Source: a virus
Taxonomy: Duplodnaviria; Caudoviricetes
Length of the DNA stretch: 51,118 bases
IMG/VR virus record: IMGVR_UViG_3300009706_000001
Location: 1 to 51,118 of that record
Strand: one strand, 5' to 3'
Below, piece by piece: positions 1 to 8,156 of the stretch. The stretch's first letter is position 1. The number at the start of each line of letters is the position of its first letter. The notes beneath the pieces are model-generated. The model was not told the origin of the DNA and ran no database searches. It worked only from the letters and a program-made list of their open reading frames with translations. The translations under genes were made by a program, and so were the position numbers.

Positions 1-23
1 AGAATACGTGCCCTCTCCCCACT
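1..23. repeat. Terminal direct repeat (left copy), circular assembly overlap
   Basis: agaatacgtgccctctccccact is identical at 1-23 and 51096-51118. Confidence 0.95.
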
Positions 24-114
24 GCACACTGACGGTATTCCCATTGGTGAAGGTGATCTGAAATCCGGTCGCCTTCTTATCCCTCGGATGCACGGTGCAT
101 TTAAAGTTACTCAT
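1..114 (-). CDS. 5' part of a ~103-aa hypothetical early protein spanning the circular junction (continues at 51095-50898)
   Basis: SD AGGAG then ATG at 114; MSNFKCTVHPRDKKATGFQITFTNGNTVSVQWGEGTYS reads in frame across the repeat. Confidence 0.8.
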   Translation of the reverse strand, partial: MSNFKCTVHPRDKKATGFQITFTNGNTVSVQWGEGTYS

Positions 115-125
115 GAGATGTTCTC

Positions 126-314
126 CTAGAGAAGACGCGGAGCGTTGAAGCCCTGGGTGACCGTCTGGAGTCGCACAAGTCGGGGCCGCGTCTCGATCTG
201 CTGCGCCCGATGGTGCTGCTGGACCTGAAGCCGAAAGGTCTTTGCCGCGCGAGGTTCCTTGGCGAGCCGCTGGATGGCGGCCCATCCCGTGGTCTTTATC
301 GTAAGTGTGTGCAT
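126..314 (-). CDS. Small hypothetical early protein
   Basis: 62-aa ORF with SD (gaaagga) in the leftward early operon. Confidence 0.7.
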   Translation of the reverse strand: MHTLTIKTTGWAAIQRLAKEPRAAKTFRLQVQQHHRAQQIETRPRLVRLQTVTQGFNAPRLL

Positions 315-350
315 GCTGTCCTTTCAGTCGCTCCCACACTGGGAGTGCAG

Positions 351-373
351 TTTTGGGACATCATGTCCCAAAA
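351..373. promoter_or_regulatory. 23-bp palindrome, copy A
   Basis: TTTTGGGACAT-C-ATGTCCCAAAA perfect dyad. Confidence 0.9.
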
Positions 374-379
374 ACGGTG

Positions 380-654
380 GCCGTGGTTCGCTTATGCACA
401 GGTATTTGCATGTTACCGAATGAGAACGAGGTGGGATTACTTCGGCGGGAAAACTAACGCGGGCAAAAGTAGTGTCGTATGAACGCCCACCGTGACACCG
501 GAGTGGCCTCGTGATGGACAAGAGGGCCACGCTCACGCCGAGCCTGCCGCTTCCGCTGTTGACGTTTGAGCCGACGCATCTGTTGATTTGCTGTCTGTTG
601 CATGGTAATGCTCCTCGTAACAAGACAGATACCTGTGCATAAGTGAGCCACGGC
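380..654. repeat. Imperfect ~37-bp inverted repeat (380-416 / 617-654), each arm containing TTATGCACA
   Basis: gccgtggttcgcttatgcacaggtatttgcatgttac versus reverse complement gccgtggctcacttatgcacaggtatctgtcttgttac. Confidence 0.85.
454..603 (-). CDS. 49-aa arginine-rich peptide, first likely ORF of the early transcript
   Basis: SD GAGGAG then ATG at 603; MQQTANQQMRRLKRQQRKRQARRERGPLVHH... Confidence 0.65.
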   Translation of the reverse strand: MQQTANQQMRRLKRQQRKRQARRERGPLVHHEATPVSRWAFIRHYFCPR

Positions 655-898
655 ACCCTCTGGATGTGCTAGATCCAGATGCGATGCTCCGGCGCGCTGT
701 CCGGGCTGAGTGGTGCTCACTCCCCTGTTATCTTCCGCTCCCGCATGGGAGTTTTCCGCCTTTCGGCACTGGTTGTAACCGATTGATCCTGTCTTCGCAT
801 TGGGGATGGTGGGACCAACGCTGTCGTGTCTCCTCGATACGAAGTAGGTAGAATCACGGTGCGCGGCACCCCGTAGCTCTTGGGATTCGGGTGGACTG

Positions 899-920
899 TT
901 TTGGGACATCATGTCCCAAA
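899..920. promoter_or_regulatory. 23-bp palindrome, copy B
   Basis: TTTTGGGACATCATGTCCCAAA. Confidence 0.9.
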
Positions 921-940
921 GTCTGTTGCATGGCCACTGG

Positions 941-970
941 AAAAAGAAGAGGCGCGAGCTTCCACTCGCG
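941..970 (-). terminator. Terminator-like hairpin shortly after the early promoter
   Basis: minus strand cgcgag-tggaag-ctcgcg followed by cctcttcttttt. Confidence 0.45.
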
Positions 971-1021
971 TCAGAGCCTGCCATGGCTCTAGGGGCAATA
1001 TTCAGTTGTCAATCTATAGTA

Positions 1022-1051
1022 ATTATACCACGTTCTATCTCATTCTGTCAA
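1022..1051 (-). promoter_or_regulatory. Consensus sigma70-type early promoter (leftward)
   Basis: TTGACA-18nt-TATAAT with extended -10 TG. Confidence 0.85.
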
Positions 1052-1082
1052 TGTCTGCCAGACCCCAGACAAAAAGCTGTTT

Positions 1083-1131
1083 CCTCTCCTCTCCTCTCCT
1101 CTCCTCCGCTTATCTCCTCTCCTCTCCTCCT
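1083..1131. repeat. (CTCCT)n polypyrimidine microsatellite
   Basis: two runs of CTCCT pentamers interrupted by gcttat. Confidence 0.9.
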
Positions 1132-1210
1132 GGTTCATGCGGGTGCAGGCATGGCACGAGCAGGGCAGGTTTGCGCGGCATGTGAGTCAAGAGTGACAGA
1201 ATGAAGACGA

Positions 1211-1233
1211 TTTTGGGACATCATGTCCCAAAA
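1211..1233. promoter_or_regulatory. 23-bp palindrome, copy C
   Basis: TTTTGGGACATCATGTCCCAAAA. Confidence 0.9.
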
Positions 1234-1323
1234 TATATATTCAGCTGTAAGTGTAGGAGAACAAAGGATTTATACGAAAGGCAAAAAAAAGATGGTAACT
1301 GGCTGTATTTGACTAGTGTTTTC

Positions 1324-1332
1324 TGATATACT
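1324..1332 (+). promoter_or_regulatory. Possible extended -10 promoter for the 169-aa gene
   Basis: TGaTATACT about 50 nt upstream of ATG 1383; no good -35. Confidence 0.45.
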
Positions 1333-1382
1333 CGTGTTGTTGACGGGTACGGTTTGCCTGCGACATACAGAAGGATAACGCA

Positions 1383-1892
1383 ATGACCGAAAAGGTAGTT
1401 ACAGAGAAGGTTCTGACGATTGGGAATTTGCCCAAGAAAGCCCTCGCATGCGTGAAGGCACTGGTTGCGATGGGTCGCAAGTGCGCAGCGTCGGAGCGCA
1501 ATGCTGCCAATTCTATCCTGGAAACGGGCGCACGCGCGGTCGCCCTGGTCGAGGAGCTTGGTCGCAGCTTGACACTGTCGGAGTATAAAGGTGTGTTCGC
1601 GCAGTTCCGTGACGACTACACGACAGGGGTAGGGACGAGCGAAGCCGCCGCCCGTAAGACTTGGCAGCGTGCGGGATGCTCTGCGACACTGCAGGGTAAA
1701 GGGGTTGCGAAAGCGGGTGGCGTGCGGTCCAAGGGTGGCGCAAAGGGCGGCTCGGAGTCTAAGGCTAACAAGGGACAGTACGCCGAACTGGTGAAGGATG
1801 TAACGGACCTCATCAACAGGGGTCCGGAGCAGTGGCAGATGGCCATCGACCGGATCCAGATCGACCTTGACGCGGTAACCGAAACCGACTAG
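1383..1892 (+). CDS. Monocistronic hypothetical protein, possible DNA-binding regulator
   Basis: SD gaagga and its own terminator; segment GVGTSEAAARKTWQRA resembles an HTH recognition helix. Confidence 0.75.
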   Translation: MTEKVVTEKVLTIGNLPKKALACVKALVAMGRKCAASERNAANSILETGARAVALVEELGRSLTLSEYKGVFAQFRDDYTTGVGTSEAAARKTWQRAGCSATLQGKGVAKAGGVRSKGGAKGGSESKANKGQYAELVKDVTDLINRGPEQWQMAIDRIQIDLDAVTETD

Positions 1893-1910
1893 GTCCGACT
1901 GACGATTTAC

Positions 1911-1942
1911 CCCAGTGAGCAACGTGCTCACTGGGTTTTTTT
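1911..1942 (+). terminator. Rho-independent terminator
   Basis: cccagtgagc-aacgt-gctcactggg followed by T7. Confidence 0.9.
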
Positions 1943-1971
1943 GTGTCTGCGATTATGCGAAGGGCACAGCG

Positions 1972-1994
1972 TTTTGGGACATGATGTCTCAAAA
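1972..1994. promoter_or_regulatory. 23-bp palindrome, copy D (one mismatch)
   Basis: TTTTGGGACATGATGTCTCAAAA. Confidence 0.85.
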
Positions 1995-2321
1995 TGCACG
2001 GACCAGTCGATGAGGTAGACCAGGACGGCGCGCACGCCAGCTGCGAAAAACGCGCGGGGGGGGGGGACCCGCTTGGGTGGGGGGGGGTATGATATATAAG
2101 AGAAAAAGGATGTCTGAATTTTTTGGGTCCTCAAAATTTTGCCTCCCCCCGAGCAAATGCGCTAATTTTTTTTGGAAAACTGCGTGGGGTTATGATCAAT
2201 ATTGCTGGGAGAACCGTGTCATGACCTTCATGGGGCCGTCCTGGCTCGCTACGCTCGCCCTTTCGACCCTTTAAATAGACATAAAACATAACAAAGCTTA
2301 TACAGGCCCTTGTCTTCCGCA

Positions 2322-2577
2322 ATAAGTAATATCACTAAGGTATTACTTATAGGGCTCATGAAAACCGTCCATGAAATCACGCTAACTCGTTGCGCAGAAA
2401 GGACTTGCTGGCTTTTCACACCCCAACCGTTTCACGCTTTTCACGGAGCCTGAAAAGGCTCTAACGCATTGCACTAAAAGGACTTACAAACTTTTCACGG
2501 AAATGAAATACCATGAAATATTTCACATTAGCGACCTGTGCATAACCTGTGCACACATTGAGGAGTCCTCAATTGTG
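2322..2577. other. Putative replication origin / protein-binding array
   Basis: about 10 TTTCA/TGAAA repeats, two 25-bp dyads, IR ataagtaata-N9-tattacttat, DnaA-box-like TGTGCATAA at 2537. Confidence 0.5.
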
Positions 2578-2601
2578 TTTTTTGGAAAGTTGTGGTATAA
2601 T
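2573..2601 (+). promoter_or_regulatory. Promoter of the late/packaging operon
   Basis: TTGTGT-17nt-TATAAT with extended TG. Confidence 0.7.
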
Positions 2602-2625
2602 AATCGCATAGATATTCATCTATTC

Positions 2626-2706
2626 AAGGATGGCCCATTATTGAGGAACGCTGCCCCCCTTCCTCCAGCGGCATCTTGATAAGTTCGGGCCATCCTTCTT
2701 CTTTTT
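2626..2706 (+). terminator. Long leader stem-loop plus U-rich tract (attenuator or small RNA)
   Basis: aaggatggccc 2626-2636 pairs with gggccatcctt 2687-2697; inner stems; followed by cttcttttt. Confidence 0.6.
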
Positions 2707-2732
2707 ATACGAAGTATTTCGAAATATAGCCT

Positions 2733-3263
2733 ATGGCACTCGTTGAACCGAAGTTTCGTAAATTGCGGGCCATGAAAATGGTTGAGGGCAAAGTGCTCCG
2801 CAATATGACGAACAAGGATCTGGCGCAGGAATTTAAGTGTTCGGTCGATACGGTAGAGCGCACGCTCACCTGGGCGAAACGTGCAGATATTTTTGCCAGC
2901 TTCGAAGACAAGATTGTCCAGGAGTTGTTGCCGTTAGCCCATTCAGCCATTCGGGACGCCCTGCTCGATGGGAACGCCAAGATTGGGGTTGATGTCCTCA
3001 AGGGCGTGAATCTCTTGCGACCAGGGCAAGCGGCCACAAATTCTGTTCAACATATTCAAGATGAAGATTTAGCGGCCTACATTGCAACAAAGCGCGAACG
3101 TGCGCAATTGCAAGAAAACACGCTTGAGGGGGAAACAGTATCACCTCCCGTGTATGCGTTGGTAGAAGGATCACATGAGACAACCCGTCAGGCACGCGTG
3201 GAGAAAAGCGTTGCAAGTCCAGGAGGAGGAGATGCCGCCTCAACCAAGGGCGAAACGGCGTAA
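2733..3263 (+). CDS. terS: Probable terminase small subunit
   Basis: N-terminal HTH (TNKDLAQEFKCSVDTVERTL); lies just upstream of terL. Confidence 0.65.
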   Translation: MALVEPKFRKLRAMKMVEGKVLRNMTNKDLAQEFKCSVDTVERTLTWAKRADIFASFEDKIVQELLPLAHSAIRDALLDGNAKIGVDVLKGVNLLRPGQAATNSVQHIQDEDLAAYIATKRERAQLQENTLEGETVSPPVYALVEGSHETTRQARVEKSVASPGGGDAASTKGETA

Positions 3264-3366
3264 ACGGTCACGAATCGCAGCAGCAGCATTCTGGCGACGA
3301 GAGCATGGACTAACGGACCCAAAATATTCATTGGCGCAGCAGAAAGAGTGGGACTGGGATAATTAA
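3175..3366 (+). CDS. Small basic hypothetical protein
   Basis: fills the terS-terL gap; SD-like sequences before ATG 3175 and ATG 3232. Confidence 0.45.
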   Translation: MRQPVRHAWRKALQVQEEEMPPQPRAKRRKRSRIAAAAFWRREHGLTDPKYSLAQQKEWDWDN

Positions 3367-3369
3367 CCC

Positions 3370-4974
3370 ATGAGTGTCATTCCCTATCTTCCCTTGTCAG
3401 AAGTCATTGACGATGCCAAGTTGATGAAGCCCTGCTGGGAAAGTTTATCGCGACCACAGCAGGTCTGCATCAAAGCGTTTTACGGGTTACCACTGACGGA
3501 ACCTGAAGACCTGGCCATCTGGTCAATTTTGCATGATGCCGTCGTGTATGATGCCCTGGGCTATCCACAATCCATTACCGTCTACCCATATGTGCCCAAA
3601 GAATATTCTGTATTTGTGGGGATTCTCGGGAGACGCGCAGGAAAGTCCGCAGCCATTACGGCGTTCATGGCGCTCTATGAAATTTTATTTGGTGGGCATC
3701 TCGAACATATCACCGCAGGGCAAGATGTGATTGTGCCCTACATTGCGCAAGACTTGGCGACGGCGAAAGCGAACATGGGCCATATTGAGCTAATGGCAGC
3801 GAAGTCCAAAAGTCTCAAAGCCCAGATAAAGAACGCCACGCGGGATAAGATTGAATTTGCCAATGGAATCACAGTCTTACCAGAACCCCCTGCCATCAAG
3901 ACTGGGCGGGGATTTGCGATGCCCATTGTCATTGGGGATGAAGTGGGATTCTGGTATCGCACGAGCGAAGCGGCCAATCCAGACTATGAGGTACAACGGG
4001 CTGTGAGTTACGCGCAGCTTCAGTTTCCACGCGCCAAGCAGATCTTGATTTCCACACCGTATACGGAAGAAGGTCTCCTGTGGGACTATTGGAAAGCGGG
4101 CACGGGCGGGCATAAGCTCCCACTGGATGAGCGATCGCAGTTCGAAGAGACGTTAGTGCTCCAAGCCTCAACGGCAGCCATGGAAAATCCGCGGATTACG
4201 CGGAAACGCTTGACAAAAATACAGCAGGAAGACCCGGAAGCCTTTATTCGTGAGTCACTGGCCCGCTTTGTCAGCGCCATTTCAGGGTTTATCCCCCCAG
4301 AATTGGTCGTAGAGGCCATACAAAAGAATGTGAAAGAGCGAAAGAAGGCGGATAACGAGGTGGGCGCGGTGCAGCCCATGTATATCGGCGCGATGGACCC
4401 CGCCTTTCGGCACGATTCCTTTGCCTTTACGATTTTTCATATGGATGCCACAGGGGCGATCATCCAGGATGTCTTACGATTATGGACCCCAGACAAAAAA
4501 CTAAAGATTACCCTCGATCCCTTGGTGATTATTGCCGAAATTTCGCAGTTAGTGAAGGACTGGGCGCTCACATTTGTCTTTTCTGACCAGTATCAGCTCG
4601 AAGCCTTGCAGCAGTTGGCGCAACAGCATGGGTTTAGCATTATTGGTAATGATTTTACTGGGAAATCCAAGGCCAAGATGTATGGGTCACTGTTGCAGCT
4701 GCTTAGAACGAAGAAACTCTTCTTGCTGGACCTTCCAGTGGTCTACCAGCAGTTAACACAGCTGCAAAAGAAGCTCAATGCGATGGGTGGGGTCGCCATT
4801 GCCGCCCCTGCTGGGAAACATGACGATGTCGCGTCCGTGATTGCCTTAGGATGCTCGGCAGCCTTACAGGCCTATCCCAGTCCAAAGCCAATAGAGAAGA
4901 AAAAGACGCTCTTCGACGAGGGATTAGCGTGCATTGCGCGAAAAACCGCACAAGCAGACGAGGTATGGGTATGA
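3370..4974 (+). CDS. terL: Terminase large subunit
   Basis: Walker A GRRAGKS, Walker B IVIGDE, coupling motif ISTP, nuclease motifs MDPA and KHDD. Confidence 0.93.
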   Translation: MSVIPYLPLSEVIDDAKLMKPCWESLSRPQQVCIKAFYGLPLTEPEDLAIWSILHDAVVYDALGYPQSITVYPYVPKEYSVFVGILGRRAGKSAAITAFMALYEILFGGHLEHITAGQDVIVPYIAQDLATAKANMGHIELMAAKSKSLKAQIKNATRDKIEFANGITVLPEPPAIKTGRGFAMPIVIGDEVGFWYRTSEAANPDYEVQRAVSYAQLQFPRAKQILISTPYTEEGLLWDYWKAGTGGHKLPLDERSQFEETLVLQASTAAMENPRITRKRLTKIQQEDPEAFIRESLARFVSAISGFIPPELVVEAIQKNVKERKKADNEVGAVQPMYIGAMDPAFRHDSFAFTIFHMDATGAIIQDVLRLWTPDKKLKITLDPLVIIAEISQLVKDWALTFVFSDQYQLEALQQLAQQHGFSIIGNDFTGKSKAKMYGSLLQLLRTKKLFLLDLPVVYQQLTQLQKKLNAMGGVAIAAPAGKHDDVASVIALGCSAALQAYPSPKPIEKKKTLFDEGLACIARKTAQADEVWV

Positions 4975-5252
4975 AGGACGCAGAATTGCTCCGTGAGATG
5001 TTGAATCTCGTGCGAGATCAGCAAACGCAGAACGCGAAGATGATGGAATCCATGATGACGGCACATTCGGACCAAGCAAAAGTGTTTGAAGCGTGGCTGG
5101 AGATGTTCAAACCGTCTGCACAGCCGTTAACGGCGACATCCCCCGACGAACGGGTCAAGTTGAAAGAAGCGCGGGAAGCGGAAGAGTGGGATGTCATGCT
5201 TCCCTCCATAGCGGAGCACATGTTACGTGGGGAAGGGTTGCCAAATGCCTGA
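4971..5252 (+). CDS. Hypothetical protein
   Basis: ATGA overlap with the terL stop; helical 93-aa ORF. Confidence 0.7.
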   Translation: MKDAELLREMLNLVRDQQTQNAKMMESMMTAHSDQAKVFEAWLEMFKPSAQPLTATSPDERVKLKEAREAEEWDVMLPSIAEHMLRGEGLPNA

Positions 5253-7461
5253 CGAGACACCGCCAAAGAAGATTGAGCTGGTAGGGCCCGTCACAGACGG
5301 AGAACCCGTAACGACAAAAGCGGATTCTGATAAGAAAGCATTAAAAGAAGCCACGATTGTCACCGAAACCATCAATGCGTATGATACACGACGGCAGTTG
5401 CGCCGTCCGTATGAGGTGCAGTGGTATTTGAACGCGTCTGCGCTGCGGGGATTCCCCGATGTGCGATGGAACGCCGATCTGAGCCGATTAGAGGTCAAAC
5501 GCGAGCCTGCCCACCGGAAACGGTTCAGAATTAACCATATTAAGCCGAAGTATGTGGCGCGTGTCGCCAAATACACCAGGATTCCCCCGAATCCCACGGT
5601 GGTCCCTGCGACAACAGACCGAGAAGACATCTTCAATGCGAATGCCTCGCAAAAGGCTCTTCAGTATTACACCCGGAAGGCGGCGCTGCGCTCGAAGTGG
5701 GTGCAAGCCATGCAATGGGTGCCCCTGACCGGAAAAGCGTTCTGGTCGATACGCTGGGATGAAGATGCCATCTCACATGCTCCAACCAAGCTCGATTCAA
5801 AGCTTGAACCCATCACGGGCGAAGTCGAAGTCGAGTTTTGTTCGGCATTTGAAATACTGCCAGCAGATCCCGGCATTGATATGATGGCGAATCAGCCAGA
5901 AATATTGCGAGTGCGCTTACAGCCCTGTGACGAGATTGAAAAGAAGTATGGCCTAGAGAAGGGAGCGATCCCCGCAGAATCAGGAGACATCGATCTCTTT
6001 TTCTACCAGCGTCAGATTGCCGATCTGGGCACACGGCAACAGGGGATGGCAAGTCGGAGTGCGGTTGATACCGACGACACGTTGCCGACGCATGCGCTGA
6101 TGATTGAGCGATTTATTGCCCCCAATGCCAAATATGAGCATGGTTGTTACATCGTGGTCGCTGGACATCGACTGCTGCACAAGCAGGAATCGATTCCTGG
6201 AAACTTTACGCACCTGACACGGAATCCGTATCCCTTTGTGGAACTCTGCGATGACGCGGCCCCTGGGCAATACTGGCCTGATGCGTTTGTGGAACGCATG
6301 ATTGGCTTGCAGTCGGAATACAACGAATATCGCTCGAAGATGGGCGAGAATCTCGCCATGCACTTCTTCCCGAAGCTCGTGGTGCCCAAGCAGTTGAACC
6401 TCTCAGACGATGCGTATACCTCCGAGGCGGGAGAACGCTTGAACGTGAATTGGATTCCGGGAATCCCTATGCCAATGTTCTTGCAGCCCGCGTCCGTCAT
6501 TGGGGATGCGTGGAATATCCTCCAAATGATTCGGAAGGAGATGGACGATATCACCTTGATCTACCCATCCGCGATGGGCGGTGCAGGTGGTGCATCCTCA
6601 GGATTCCAGACCTCCTTGTTGCAGGAAGCCGCCGATCAAGTCCATGGTCCCACGATCCAACGGAATGCGATGGCGCTGGAGGAAGCCTATGTCAAAGTGC
6701 GGCACTTGATGAAGGAGTTCTACGACGTACCACGTATGGTCTCCATCGCAGGCAGGTCAAACATCCCGGAAATTTATGAATTTTCTCGGGCCACGATTGA
6801 CGAGCATGCCGACATCAGTATCGAACCCGATACGATGATGCCGCAGCTGCGCACCGCCAGGATGGACCAAATTCGTCAGATGTTTACTGAAGGACTCTTT
6901 GGCCCGCCCCCAGATCCCAAAACACAGAAGCGTGTGCAGGACATGCTCCAGATGTCCTTTAGTGAATTCGAAATTGAGCGTGATCAGCGAGATCAGGAAC
7001 AAGCCCAGCTCGAAAACATTACGATGTTGGAAAATGGGCGCTTGCCGAAACCCCAACCGTGGGAAAACCATCAACTCCATTGGGATGCGCACATTGACTT
7101 GTTCAAGTCCACGGAAACAGCATCATGGGAACATACCCAGTGGGCCATGAATGTCTTTCATACCTTAGTGCATCTGTGCTATATCAACCCGGATGACGCC
7201 AAAATGATGAGTCGTGAATTTGGGCTAGAACCGGCGATTATTGAAATGCTGTCCACGATTTTACCTGAGCCTTCTCTTGAACTGGAACCGCCAACCGACC
7301 TAGAAATTCCGCCGTTGTCGACGCAACCTGCCACAACGGTTATTAATAACGATCTACGAATCCCGGTGCGCTACACCGTGAAACGAAATCCTGACACGGG
7401 CCTGATTGAAGGTATTGAACCACAACCGGTCGGGCTGTCTTCTGAAGGAGAAACATCCTAA
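5245..7461 (+). CDS. Portal protein
   Basis: size and position after terL; motifs RINHIKP, YPFV..., GLQSEYN. Confidence 0.85.
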   Translation: MPDETPPKKIELVGPVTDGEPVTTKADSDKKALKEATIVTETINAYDTRRQLRRPYEVQWYLNASALRGFPDVRWNADLSRLEVKREPAHRKRFRINHIKPKYVARVAKYTRIPPNPTVVPATTDREDIFNANASQKALQYYTRKAALRSKWVQAMQWVPLTGKAFWSIRWDEDAISHAPTKLDSKLEPITGEVEVEFCSAFEILPADPGIDMMANQPEILRVRLQPCDEIEKKYGLEKGAIPAESGDIDLFFYQRQIADLGTRQQGMASRSAVDTDDTLPTHALMIERFIAPNAKYEHGCYIVVAGHRLLHKQESIPGNFTHLTRNPYPFVELCDDAAPGQYWPDAFVERMIGLQSEYNEYRSKMGENLAMHFFPKLVVPKQLNLSDDAYTSEAGERLNVNWIPGIPMPMFLQPASVIGDAWNILQMIRKEMDDITLIYPSAMGGAGGASSGFQTSLLQEAADQVHGPTIQRNAMALEEAYVKVRHLMKEFYDVPRMVSIAGRSNIPEIYEFSRATIDEHADISIEPDTMMPQLRTARMDQIRQMFTEGLFGPPPDPKTQKRVQDMLQMSFSEFEIERDQRDQEQAQLENITMLENGRLPKPQPWENHQLHWDAHIDLFKSTETASWEHTQWAMNVFHTLVHLCYINPDDAKMMSREFGLEPAIIEMLSTILPEPSLELEPPTDLEIPPLSTQPATTVINNDLRIPVRYTVKRNPDTGLIEGIEPQPVGLSSEGETS

Positions 7462-7868
7462 TGGCTCTAAATCCAAAGCGATCTAACGCAGCCGTCGTCG
7501 CGGGTGGCGACGCCGTGTGCGCACTGTTAAACACAGGCTACATTCGTATTTACACGGGAACACAGCCCTCCACGGCAGATACTGCCCTGTCCGGGAATAC
7601 CCTGTTGGCCGAATTGAGATTTGCGTCCACCGCATTTGGATCGTCGTCAAGTGGGGTCTCAACAGCTGGAGCGATTACGTCAGACTCAAGTGCCGATGCC
7701 ACAGGGACGGCGACATGGTTTCGCACACTCAAATCGGATGGCTCATCAGTCGTGTTTGATGGCACGGTCGGCACATCCTCGGCAGATATGGTGTTGAATT
7801 CCGTCGCCATTAGCTCGGGGTCTGCGGTAAGCATCACCGCCTTTACGTATACCGAAAATAAGGGTTAA
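7461..7868 (+). CDS. Virion structural protein (beta-rich, decoration/fibre-associated)
   Basis: IRIYTGTQP..AD..ADATGTATWFR pattern typical of a widespread phage structural family. Confidence 0.7.
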   Translation: MALNPKRSNAAVVAGGDAVCALLNTGYIRIYTGTQPSTADTALSGNTLLAELRFASTAFGSSSSGVSTAGAITSDSSADATGTATWFRTLKSDGSSVVFDGTVGTSSADMVLNSVAISSGSAVSITAFTYTENKG

Positions 7869-7874
7869 GAGCGT

Positions 7875-8153
7875 ATGGCCTATAATCCCCCCTCAACACG
7901 ATCATCAGGTGATGCGGTGACGGCAACGATTTGGAATGCCGATGTCGTTGCAAATCCAATTGCCATTTATGCCGGAGCCGTCTCGATCGCAAGTCAAGCG
8001 ACGGGGGATGTGATCGTCGCATCCAGCGCAACACAGCTAGGGCGCATTGCCCCAGGAACATCTGGAAATGTGCTCACCAGTTCAGGCTCTGCGTGGACAT
8101 CGGCTGCCGCAGGCGGAAATGACTTTCTCCAAATTGAAGCGATGGTGGACTAA
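7875..8153 (+). CDS. Short fibre-like protein
   Basis: N-terminal GDAVTATIWN attachment-like motif; GTSGNVLTSSG fibre repeat. Confidence 0.65.
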   Translation: MAYNPPSTRSSGDAVTATIWNADVVANPIAIYAGAVSIASQATGDVIVASSATQLGRIAPGTSGNVLTSSGSAWTSAAAGGNDFLQIEAMVD

Positions 8154-8156
8154 CTA

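Noticed and set aside
1-23. Biological terminal repeat
   Set aside because: It falls inside an ORF and is k-mer sized; most likely an assembler overlap
454-984. 176-aa ORF as a full gene
   Set aside because: No SD at 984, it crosses a palindrome and hairpins, and there is a strong SD at the internal ATG 603
1221-1931. 236-aa minus-strand ORF
   Set aside because: Shadow of the + strand gene that has an SD and a terminator
351-1994. Palindromic repeats as a CRISPR array
   Set aside because: Spacing is irregular (300-750 bp) with genes in between; no cas operon
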